Positions 1 through 12,800 of a stretch of DNA of 64,000 nucleotides are shown here, piece by piece. Under the pieces are notes generated by a model, which saw only the letters and a list, made by a program, of their open reading frames with translations, searched no databases and was not told where the DNA came from. The position numbers were made by a program, and so were the translations under genes. The stretch is from Callorhinchus milii (Eukaryota). The stretch is taken from the NCBI RefSeq assembly GCF_018977255.1, contig NW_024704743.1, positions 69,256,001-69,320,000 of the forward strand. The letters run 5' to 3'. How positions within the stretch are numbered: the first letter of the stretch is position 1; each line of letters opens with the position of its first letter.

Positions 1-249
1 GAACACTAGTTGTTCATCATGCTATGTCTAGTATGGTTGTTCAGCTGCCAACATCTGGAGTTCACTAAATGTACGAGCTGAGATCACAGACATCAAGAAT
101 GCAGTTTCCAGGTCAGGAATTATAATTCACAAATCGAAGAAGCTCAAAGGGAAGATGTATAAATGTACGAAAAAAAAGTTGAAAACCAAGAGCAGGTGCC
201 TGCTTTTGTGATACAAGCTATATGAGTTTGCTTGTCAAGACAACTTCTT

Positions 250-2260
250 AAGAGACCAAAACCTGAAAGACATAAAGCTACTATATGCAAATCAGATCCA
301 GATTTCAAGATCAGCGGGTTTGGGAGTTAATCCAATGTAGTCAGAATCTCACAAATAGTGGATCCAGATGTCTGGATAATCTTCAGAGAACAAACTTCTC
401 CCTTTGTTATTGTAAACTTTATGGCAAGAAATCTTCTGGAGACCAGTAAAGAATTTCCAGATGGGAAATGACCTTCCAGTAGGAGCTTTACTTGATCAAC
501 TGCCAGTCATCAAATGAAAGCCAATTGAGTCCAGGTGCAGAATCTGCTCTTCAAAGTTTTTCCCTGTTTGGCCATTGTCTATCAAGCATCTACGCTGACT
601 AATCTTTTCTCCTTGAACAGTATTGAGAAGTTGATAGTTGTCCAAACAAAGCAAACTAGTCTGTTTCTGTAATCCAATATACTGAATAGATAATCAGCCA
701 CCTCATAAAACTATAGTTGAGAAAATGAATCAATTAGCATTTAAAGGTACACATAATCTCTTCACACTCTACATTTTGGGCTAAGATTGACTAAGTGACC
801 TGAAACCAACATGCAACCTGAAAATGCCATCCTGCACGAAGGCCACTATATACAGTGAATCGTTTCTTGAACAACCACTCAAGGATTGGGCCAAAGTGGC
901 CTTTATATAAGGATGGTCTCAGAGTACGGGTTTGATGTGCAAACCAGGCTGTCTGGGCTGTTCCAGGGTGGTTGTTAACAGGGGGAGTGCTGATTGGTCG
1001 TGGTTGCTTGAACATGTTTGACTGTAGTTGTTGTGCTCTGGCAAACAAATTGAATTAGTTATTTCTCATTTGTCAATATGGCATCAGACTGACCAAAGTC
1101 TGGATGTAGATCAGATTACCTGAATATTCCATGAGATGGCCTGAGTACATACAAATCCAGATTGGGTTTGGATCCACAGAACCATAGACATATAGGAGGC
1201 CATTCATACCTTCTCTCTGTCGGTGTTTGCTCTCCAAGAAACCATCCACCTTAACCCCAATTCCTTGCTCTTTCCCCATATCCTCTAATACTAAGAATTT
1301 CTAAAACATACCAGGAATGACACCATTGATTACCTAAGGAGAAAACTCTGATAATCAAATTGCCTTAATAATGAATACAGCTACAAACGCTATAACCATA
1401 TCTCAGTTGTAACTTCAAGAGATATATTGTAAACACCAGTGGCCGAAAGGGAGTACTTGGTACCAGTAGTTCAGAATGATTGACCTTCAGGAAAATAAGT
1501 TCCTGTTATGTGGAGGATTTAAATTGTTAACAAAACAAATCACAAGGATACAGCTCTCTTTCAGATCCTTGATGCTAATGATGTCGCATGTCACTCTTTC
1601 CTCCCACACCGTGTAAAGATGTTGCTTGTGAAAATTAATAATTTAAGATCTTCAAAACGATATCCCACATGAAGGGACTTTATAAATATTGTTCTTGTAA
1701 AATCTCTTTGAGGTCTATCTTCTGGGCAGACACCATGGTTAACCTAAGGAACTTGAAAGCCTCCTCTGGAATAGTACGATCAAATGCTCCAAAACTGGAT
1801 TTGTTCTTAATGGAGGAGGTGGGGAAGAAAGAGATGAAAACTACAGAGAGAAATAAATTCATATCCTTCTTTTGTTTCCTGGAACTTAATTGATAGCATC
1901 GGAATGAACACAATTGAAGATTTGGCAGTGAGATTCATTCTCTTTCTCACCCCAAAGTGATTTGAATGGATCCTTCTGGTGACTCATAAATCCTAATGAG
2001 AAAGACACTTCACAATGACGCTAATGCAATGATGTGAGATAGAATCGTGCTACTGGAATACAAACAGAGCCGATACATGAAAACATAACAAGGCCATTTA
2101 GCCCATTTTGCCATTTTATTAAACATGGCAGCTCCTTTAATCCTGATATCTGCCGATTCTTGGTATCCCCAGTCCTTGACTAAAGTTGCCAGTACGTTTG
2201 CCAAAGTAGAATCTCTGCTAAGTATCTAGGGCATGTCCGACAAGATGGAAGAATATTTTG
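250..2260 (+). mobile_element. Possible highly decayed L1/Tx1-type ORF2 relic
   Basis: Ordered short remnants across frames (GFG, WIQM, FVIVN, QLSP, YAD*, LAFKG, FEWILL, LTKVA) resemble Tx1 RT/C-terminal motifs; many stops. Confidence 0.35.
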
Positions 2261-3713
2261 TGCTCAAGTTGATGGTAACTCACAATTGAAACTAGCATTT
2301 GAAACTAGATGGTGGGTGAATTTGCTGAGGGGACAAACAAGTGGGAGAGGCGGGAAAGGAGCAAGAGGTCAGAAAGCACTGCACTCTCTCTCCAGCTCAT
2401 AAGTATCGAATGGGGAGCCAGTGTTCCACACAAACTGGGCCAGGCCTGTTTGTGGATGATGGGATCTTCGTATTTGATATTGCACCTTATCTTTACCTGG
2501 CAGTAAGTAGGAACCTGGTTGTTAAGGTGATTGGCGGATCACTTTCTGGGGCTAATAATTCCTCCAAAAAAACGCACTCAATCCACGACTGTTTGTGGGA
2601 CACTACTCTGCACAATTGGCTTCCACGTTTCAGCCATAAAATACACAGTCGATTCACTTTACAATATATTCTGTGAATCTCTTTGAGATGATTGAACCAC
2701 GTGATAAGGTATTGTATCAAATGCAATGATTATTATCATTTTGTGCATTTTTTTCTCTTCTACTGGGTAAATTGCACAGCAGCCAATAGGCAACATCCTT
2801 ATACAGTTGGGAGGGGAGAGTGACATGGGTGTCATCCCATCATTAGCATCAAGTGACTGAAGAGGAACTGTATCCTTGTGATTTTCTTGTTAACAACCTG
2901 AGCGAGACTTTACATGCAGATAAAATTGATCATTTATTTCATGGCTGTTGTTATTCATACTTGTATAATTAGTTTGGATAATTGCATTGGTTGAGGAATT
3001 GACTGCATGAAATACCTTTTCAAGCATATTATGAGGAGAGGCAGTGTGGAGAATGGCATCAGAGGCAATATGGAGTGCAACAAAAAGGTGTGCCATGAAT
3101 GAGCTTCAGCTAATTGCACACTTCGTATAATTGCATGGTGTCTGTAAGATCCCAACTCCATGCAACAATATGGAATTCACTGTATATTCAAGCATTACAA
3201 GACATTATCCTATATGAAGACTGCTATATACATGCAAGTTGTTGTCACTAATCTGCACACATAAATATTTTTTAACAAGGAGTTGGAGGGCAAATGTAAA
3301 AACTTACCCAGACTGTTGGCACATATCAGCATTCAGGTGGCCAAGACATTACATTTATTTTCCTGTTTTTAGGCCAAAATGAACATTACAGCAAATAAAG
3401 AATTGACCTTGAGTTTGCCCCTACACTGCACTGAAATTTCTCAGCTATTCAAAAACTAGCAATGTATTTCCTTTTACTTGCATCTAGAAATGATTCAACA
3501 AACACCCAACAAATATCAGAAAAGGGATTGCTTTTGACACCAACAAAATACACATCAAATATTGTTCCAATTAGCTAAATGGTTTCAAGAGGGCCAATCA
3601 ATTAGTATAGCAAAATCAAAACTGTAGGTCTTCAACTTGTTTCACATTTCACATTTAAAAAATCTATACTTTTTAAGGATTATAATTGATGAAATTTTTT
3701 TTGATTTCAGTAC

Positions 3714-3826
3714 CTTTGCCAATAAGAACAAGAGGTCTCCTGGCATTTTTAATGATCAAAGCTGCTTGAGATACAACTTGAGGGTCTGCCATGGCCACAG
3801 GAGGAGGAAGACAGCATGGAACAGTC
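3714..3826 (-). CDS. HACL1: HACL1 exon 8 (113 nt)
   Basis: [37 protein letters not shown](G); gtag|...|gtactg. Confidence 0.93.
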
Positions 3827-6800
3827 CTACACAGTGAAGGAAACAGACAACGGTTTCGTCAAACCACTCATACAGAGAGAACATTTTAAGGACAATTACA
3901 ATACAATTTAAATTTGTATTATGCCTTTAACATCGAGACACAACCCACACTGGAGACTGGATCAAAGGCGCTCATAGGGGGATTTTTGAAAAGTAGTCAC
4001 ATCTTTCACAGGAGGCTGCCTTAAAGCGCTTAATGTAAGTAATGCTAGCATTTCTGTACATTCAATTATTTTATTTTAAATTAATTGAATTCCACTTCTA
4101 TTCTTTGCACCATTAGCTCGGCATTCCAGCCCGCAGAACTAATGAGAAAACAAAGTATCTTATCGATATTCAGCATTATTTTTCAAACCAGGAAATGAAT
4201 CATGTGGGCAATTGTTTGGTTTTAGTATTTTTCCTGTATTTCTTCAAGACGGTGCCCACTCATGCTGGGGTTCAGTTCCGCAGACACCAGCCCTGCAGTA
4301 AATCACCAAAGTGATTTTTTCATGGAAAAGTCTAGACAGTGAATGCTTGCAAACTTTTTAAATTGTAGAGGGGCTTGTAGAAACACGAATAGTACATTAA
4401 CCCCTCGACCCTGTTCCCCCATTCTATAGTTCACAACCAAGCTCGTTCCTGTCCTCATATTGTATTTTCCAAAGGACAATGGACATAATTAGACAGCAAT
4501 AAGGAAGCCTATTTTTTTTCCCATTGCCTAGGTCAAAGATACTGAATCCAGTTACACAATCCACACTAGAGACTATAATCAAACCTGGAGGGTTCCCATC
4601 AACGGTCATGCTTCAGTTCCTTTATCAAATGAGCCATCGACAGAGTCAAAAGGAGAGTCAAAAGAGTTAGCTGTATAACATGATCCGTCAGGTTCCATTT
4701 GGACTACTGGGTGCAGCTTTGGCCTTAGAAACCTTAGGAAGCCTTAGAGGTACTTTCAATTTACTAGAATGATTCCTGGTTTGAAGGGCCTAAATTAGGA
4801 TGAAAGGATGGAAAAACTTTGATTGTATTCTCTTGGGTTCAGAAGGTTGAGGGGTTCTCTGATTGAGGTGTATAAAATTATACAGGGATTTGAGAAGCTG
4901 AATAGTGAGCAACTGTTTCCTCTGGCGAGAGAATTGAGTACTACAGGCCATAGTCTTAAACTTTTTAAAAGTGATATAAGGAAACATTTTGTCATGCAGA
5001 GAGTGATGGGTGTGCAGTATGCACTTCCCCACAAAGTCAATTGAAGAGTTTTAGGATTCTGTAATTAATGTGTTGAAAAATATCTCAAATTATATTTGCA
5101 AGATTTATATATTTGAGACATATGATCAATCTCATATGATGGGAGCTGATTGTGACTAGCTTCGAAAAAGATCCTTTCTCATGGAGGAGAAAAAAAAGAC
5201 CGTCTATAAACAACAAACTGTTTTCACTCCTTATCAGTCATTTTCTCATGAAAAAAATGGTCTGCAGCTGGAGAGAGAGCTGTATTTTTTTACAACGGAA
5301 CCATTTTGCAAAAGACAACAAGTGAAAGGTCACCCAACGAACTGTATAAACGGAGATCGATTCAGGAGAGAATCAAAAGAAAGAATTGAAGGAGGGATCA
5401 AATTGGACGTGCAATAATAGCATTGGACATGCCATGATATTTGAATACTTTCGAGTGATCGAATTGAACACACAATAATACATGCATACTTTTGGATGGA
5501 CATATATATTTGGATTAAAGAAGAAAGTTTAAAATGGACATTGCTCCTCTATCTCTTCCGCAGAATTTAGTTAGGTCAACTTAAATCGTTGTGAATTATG
5601 TGTCAATATGTAAGCATTATTGTGATGTATTCTTTTAATTACTTATAACTATCACTAATCTGAATTAATAAACATCAATATTTTTGTACAACATTTGTGT
5701 CAGTCCTTACTTCACTGCAGGGTCACAAATTTAAATTAAACCCTGGAGAATTTAACAGACAAATAGATAAATACTTGATAGACAGGGATATCAAAAGATA
5801 TGGAGAGAGGGCGGGGAGGGGGAAATTGGGTTACGGATCGGCAAAAATCTGTACATTGGCTATGAATGGCCTCTTCCTGTGTTATTTGCAGAGGTACTCC
5901 ATACCTCGTCCAAATGAGTGCAGTGCCATCACATTAATAAACGTTGTTAAATGATATCGCTCTTAAGGCACACGTGTTGGAAAAACTTGGAATAAACCTA
6001 CACTCTACTGGAGAATTGAGCATAGATCAACCTAAAGGGTAACAGCAGCATACATTTCCACAGCATCTTTTATGAAAATAAGTGTTTTCAAGATTAAACC
6101 AATATTAGCTATTTCTCAGTATATTAAAGGCAGAGGCCACTGTTAATGTTTAGTCCATCTTTACAGTTTGCAGTTTGACTTTTTTTTATTCTTTACGATA
6201 TTTAAAATTGCAGCTTGAGCTGGGAACATAGGATTAGGAGTAGGTCATTCAGTTTGTCCCTCTGTTTTACTAATCCATAAAATGGCAGAACAGACTTAAA
6301 TAGTGAACACCAACAACTTGTCAGTGGCAGTGTTAGGACCAGTAAACCCCAAGCCAGTCAGGGGCCCTGAGCAGATTCAGTGACAAAAGATTTAGTATCA
6401 TGGTCTAAAATGTAGGGTTCCCAAACTGAACCTTTGCACAGAGCCCTCGTAAAACACATCCCACCCATACAACTTGCATTTTTACAATGTCTCAGAGTCC
6501 TTCATAGTGATGGGGTCAGACACTGAGCATCAGCGAGGAGATGGTATCTATCAATATGGTCGAATAGGTAGGTTTAAAGGTGAGACTTGGGTTAGGGTTA
6601 GACAAATAAGTGGAGACCACCATGCTTACCTGAGTAATGATTCCTGAACCTTTGAGGTCACCATATCTCCAGGTATATCAACATAGCAAGCTCCGGGACG
6701 CCCATAGATACTTGTTCTGACTGCCTGAAACAATAATGATTGAGGTTTGTTCTGTTCTCTAGCCAACCTTTAACTGTGTATCATTCACACCAGATATGAT

Positions 6801-9800
6801 TAATCCAATAAACACACACACACACACATATATGGTTTCTATAGTAATTTCAAGAATATTACTGGATAAATTAGTTTTGATCTCCTGCTCAGATAATTCT
6901 CAACTCTTTAAAAAGTTATTATTAATAACGATAATCCTTAAATTTGGTATAGCATCTTTCACATCAAGAGGATACACACACTCACAGACACACTGAGAGA
7001 GAAGAGAGAAAAGCACACACACACTCAGACACAGAGAGAGCCACACACACACTCACAGACAGACAGAGAGAGACACACACACACACTCTCAGAAACAGGG
7101 AGAGACACACACACACTCTCACAAACACAGAGAGAGAGACACACGTTCAAAGACAGAGAGAGACACACACACACTCACAAACACAGAGAGAGACACACAC
7201 ATTCACAGGCACAGAGAAAGACACACATTCACATACACAAGAGACAGACACATAGACAGAGGAGACACACAGAATCTCAACAGCAGGGCCTCAGGGTGAG
7301 CGAAGCCCATTTCCCGCTGCAACTCGCAAAGATGCTCCACCCACAGTAGCTTTGAGTAAGCCTGGCAGCAGCGCGCAGAGGCCCAGGGCCGAGTACACTG
7401 CATTTCTGTGGGTTTTTCAGTATGTCATTCGGCATGTATTGCATTTTGGGGCCACAAGTAGAAAGAAAAACCCGTCATTCCCCCTTCTTTGGTAGCAATG
7501 TTTCCATCAACTTTTAGCATTTCAGTTTGTAAAGATTTGTAAAGGATAGTAACAAATCCTTTAAAACAGATTTACAGCTTATAATAAAAGTTTCCTATTG
7601 ACTTATCATTGGATTCATCGCCACCATGTTAATGGCTGACCAAGATTAATGATTTACCTTTTCTATTATAGCAGGTATGGCTTCCAGACTGTTGGGTCTA
7701 GCTGAGAACTTGCTGTATAGTCTGCAGGCCTCAATCTGTCAAAAAATAACTAAATTACTCAAAAATGACAATTAACTAAAATTGGAAGGAGGGTGAGAGA
7801 AAGTAGAGAAACAAAGAATTGGTGAAATAAATGTGATGTTTTCTAAGTGGAATGAACTAGCACATCTATATCCACAACACTTTATGGAATGAACATATTT
7901 GTCCTGTAAATAAAAAGAAAAACACACACAGTATTTTAAATTGATTGATTGATTTGGCTGGTGAATTTAACTGATACTTTGCAATTCTTTGTTTGATAAT
8001 GTAGAAGCAAACATCTTTCAATATATTTAATGGTTTCACATAGCGGCTAGAAAGACACTGAGAAACATGATCCTGCAACAATGCATAGAGGGAAAGAGCA
8101 TCTTTGGGACATCCACCCGACATGAAAGACTCTATACAAATGTAATTATATAATTTTGTATTTGTATAGAAGACCCCAAGGCTAAACAAGTTCACTCCTG
8201 AGAGAACCCTCCACTCCACCTCCCACACAATACTCATCTACACAACACACTGATCAAAATGTGGCAGTTTGGTATATTGCTGAGTTATCAGGCATTATAC
8301 TCACCGCCAGCGCTTCAGGTTTTACCTATTGTTCATAAGCAAGAGCGACAAAGGTAACAAAAGCAAACTTGGATTTTATTTGAATAATGAAGGAAGTTTG
8401 CTTAGGTTCGACTTTCTGGGTTATTGGTGAAGAGATCTTTGGATTGATCATATAGGAATGGGGGTGGAGATGTTAGTGTAAATTGGCAATGCCTCAAAGA
8501 ATAATTACTCCAAGAGCCTGATTCCCCCTGGTCTAAATGTCCAATGAGAGATAGGCGTGGATTTTGTTAAATGTTTCAGTTACTGAGATGAGAAATTCGG
8601 GGCTGGTAGCTAGCGCCTGTTCTGCATCGAGACACTCTTAAAAATATCACCAAGAAACAAAAATGAATGCATCAAAATAAAACTGCTCGAGGGAATGTTT
8701 TCTGACCTTATGAGAAACAGTCATACTGAATAACGATGTTAAATTGGAGCTTGTTTTGTAAGTAGTACTTACAGGAATACGGTAAATATGTCAGGGTTAT
8801 GCTTTTAGTTTTTATTTTTGATGCATCTTTGTGATGGATTTTACAATGTTGTTTCTTACACTGTTTCTACTAGCTGATAACCTTTTGGAAAATCCTCACA
8901 GGACAATTATAATTGTAAATGTGTTGTTGTTTGTTGTTGTCGTAATACAGTTGTCTCAGTGTTGTAACAAAATGAACACAGAATTCATCATATGATTCTC
9001 ATGTACATCACCACTCGCATTACAATGCTGCTGGGGGGTCCAGTAATAAGCAGTGAGTCAATCAGCACCAGTTATTTCTGGACATAATATATTTAAAGTC
9101 TCTGAATGTGATGATTTCTTCACAACTGGTACAATAAACAGTTGGAGAATGGTACAATTCATCTGGAGTGCTGGAGGATTTAATGTTTTTCATACACAAA
9201 TAAATAGGACATTGGGGACTTTCTTTTGAGTATTCAAGAGAATTATGGAATTTTTGTAGCACAGAAGGAGGCCTTGTAGCCCATCGTGTCTGTGGTGGTA
9301 CAAGCTCCCCAGTTGAAGTTATTCACTCTAATCCAATCCTCCTGCATTTCTTCACAGGCTTGAGTATTTGTCTTTATGTATTTATCCAATCCCCTTTTGC
9401 AATAATGTTATGGACTTGGCTTCAGCAGCCATTTAAGATAAAGCATTCCCATTCCAGAGCTGTTGGTGCACCCCCGCTCGCCCAATACAATAATAGTCAA
9501 ACAGAAGGGGTAATATCTCTGATATCAGTGCAACACTTTGAAGCTACTCCAAATCCTACCACCAAGACTGGCTCCCTGATTTGTCACCAGCAGTGCCCTG
9601 GAATACTATGGACCCGCCTAGCTCAGGGACTGGACAAACAAGACCTCACAAAATCACAAGATTGATCTGGACGAAGAAGGCCCTTTGGTCCATCTGATCT
9701 CATCCTTACAGAACAACCACCCTACCGTCCCCCCATCACTGCATCAAACTGTCTTTCAAATAAGTATCTGTCTTGAAATGGCCCTTTACAACTCTAAACT

Positions 9801-12800
9801 CATATTCTCTTGTTCTACTATCTTGATCAAGTATTGATCTTGGTTTAATTTTTGAATCCCATTTAAAATTTTATAAGAAGTCCTTCCTAAGAAGTCCTTC
9901 CTAGTCGTCTTCTCTCAAGACTGCAGAGCCCTAGCTTATCTATTTGTCGCTGATAGTTTATTCCTCTAACACTGCCGATCATCTTCATTGTTCTCCTCTG
10001 CATTAATAATAAATCCACAGAGAGTCGACTTGATTATGACATTCCATTGCCAAGCACGTCACCTTGGAGCCAGCTCAGTCTCAAGGAGACCCCGCTTACC
10101 TCCCCCTCCCAACCTAAGATATGTTATTCGTTGATCTAAAAATAAGTATATTGCTAAATACACAGAAGACCAGGGTATTTGTCAGTCTCCAAAATAGCAG
10201 TTTCATTGAGCGCTTGACAGTTTTTATTGCAAGTATTTTTTTCCCGGAAGACACTGTGTGTGAAATCTCAGAGCCTTGCATTTGCATGATACATGGGGAT
10301 TTCCTCGTGGTTGCTTTAGTTGGTGCACACAGAGAGGAGGCAGTTTATTAGATGCCAGTGAGCTGGATTCATAATTGCTCATTAATAACATTTAACATGA
10401 ACAAATGCTGATCATCCTGATTCACCAGTCGACAGCTGAACGGCAGAGATTAGGAGAGAACCTGCAGTGTGTACTCAAACACTGACATTTTAGTTAATCC
10501 TACTGCATTCCTTTACCATTCTTAATCTACCCTCACGCTCATATTATCAGCTAGAATTCAAATTCCACAGTGTGAAGACACAAATTTATTAAAGTGTGGA
10601 GCAGACTGGGTTCACATCCTCTAAAGTGAAAAAAATAAGCTTTGGTGGATAATGGATTTTTAGTTTTGGTGCAAAATAATTGTTTTGCTTCAATCTTTAG
10701 ATTAGGCCAGCAATACTCCCTCGAAATTCATATTAAGTCATCACTTCCTATTTGACTCCTACTAAGTTGTCACAAATCATAAGACATTTTGGCACAAGCA
10801 ATCTCTTCTCACTTTGTTTTTTTTTAAAAATGTCTATTGTGGTTAAGACCATAATATTTGTTGTAAAAATCAGGTTAGACATTTGAAGAACATAAAACAG
10901 CAGAAGGAAAGAGCAGGGAAATGGGATTAATTTACAGTACAGGAGCATAACGTTAAAACCAAGCTACATCAAAGGGTGTGGGTTTTCCCAAATTGAGAAG
11001 TATGTTGTTTTTAATTCTCTGTGTTTATGGCACTGCTAACCATGGTTTAAAAACGCCATCAAGTGGGAAATGAATGAATTGCAATAATAACATGGCACTG
11101 TAAGCCTTTGTTCAATTCAAGAGTAAAATAAAATTTAAAAAATACAGTATGTTAGCTTCCAATAATACTATGATCAAATAACACCTCCCACCTTTCATCT
11201 CTTCAAGCTCAATATTGTTGTTTTAAAAAAATGACAAACCTGTGGAAACTCCTGAAAAGCACCCATTGCTTCCTGATTTCTGTCAGAGGATCCTGCCAGG
11301 ACAAGTACAGGCCTAAAAAGAAATTACAGCAATATGTGAAATAACACTTACAGTCTGTCTTTCATTTAAGACAACATCTTAAAGTACTTTGAAAACACGG
11401 TATGGAACATCGATCAGGATAACGATAGAGAAAGAAGGTAAGGGTTTTGAGACTGTTCACCAAAGGGATAGAATGCAATATAATTACATTTATACAGAAG
11501 CTTGCATGTCGGAGGGACGTCTCAAAGTGTTTTATATACTTGATGGGCACCCGAGCTGGGCGTAGAAGCCAAAGTGGGAGGGAGGGGGAAAGATGATTGA
11601 AAACATGGTCAAAGAGGTACATTTTGAGATGTGCCTTGAAAGGAGGGAAGGAGCAAATCAGAGGGACTCCAGCATGGAGCTCCAGAAAGCAGATGCAGAA
11701 TACCTGAAACCCCCCCAGCTAATTGTGGGGTGGATATGGTGGGGAACATTAAGCAGGCTAGTGTTTGCTAAGTGAAGGGAGTGTCTGGGATCAGCCAGGT
11801 TTGAGGGGGTCAGTGCCTTGGGACGTCCTCCCGACGTGAAAAGGCACTATACAACAACAACAACAAGATTACATTTGTATAGCGCCTTTCACGTCAGGAG
11901 GACGTCCCAAGGCGCTGCACAGTGTACAGCATTTCAAACCCGAGCTGGGGTCAGTGGGGGAGAAGGGAGAGGAGAAGATGGGGGGTGGAGGATGGCATGG
12001 TCGAAGAGGAGGGTCTTGAGGCGGGACTTGATGGGGACTAAGGAGGGGGCGAAGCGGAGTGACTATATAAATGTAATTTGTGGTTGTTGATGAGATCACA
12101 GATTTGGGTAGAGCGAGATCTGACAGTGGAGCAATTTTGAACACAAGAACAACGATCTTGAACTCAATCCCTGAGGAATTTTTTGTTTTTTTTCTAATTT
12201 AACAACTTTCACAAACAAGAAGGAAAAAAAACAAATTTTACCAGCAGTTTGTGTTTGCATTTGCCATTCCGCCCAGTGCATGAATAAGACCAGGTCCAGA
12301 GACTGCAAGACAAACTCCTGGCCTAAAATTGACAAATAATACTTTGAATCAGTAATTGCTGAAAAATACCCATCTACATGCATAGATCTGAAATAAACAA
12401 GACACCAAAGCCACAAAAGAAATACAAGAATTCAGGAACCAACCTTCCTGTTAAATACCCCACTGCAGATGCTGCGTAGCAAGCCTGTTCAAAGATAAGA
12501 GCATAAGCCCATTATAACCTGCAAGCTTTTATTTTTAGAATACTGTGTAAAGCCATCAAAAAACTGTTCAGTTGCTTTTACTTACAGCTTGTTCGTTTCT
12601 CATTCCAATGTACTTGATTCCAACAGCTTGAGCTGCCATTGCTATTTCGATCACTGGAATACCAACCACTCCAAACATGTACTGAACATTCTGTGTAAAA
12701 AAAAACACATGTACGCTTCAGGCTGTCAGAAATGTTGTAATGTTACTATGGACTTAAAACAAGTGATTTCTGGTGTCTGTCTGGCTCAGTTGGTAGTTCT

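Noticed and set aside
3300..3375. Possible further HACL1 exon (minus-strand GTAAGT donor at about 3302-3307)
   Set aside because: Translation shows no similarity to the expected exon 9 (GAAY...PFLPTPMGKG); I did not find exon 9 in the window.
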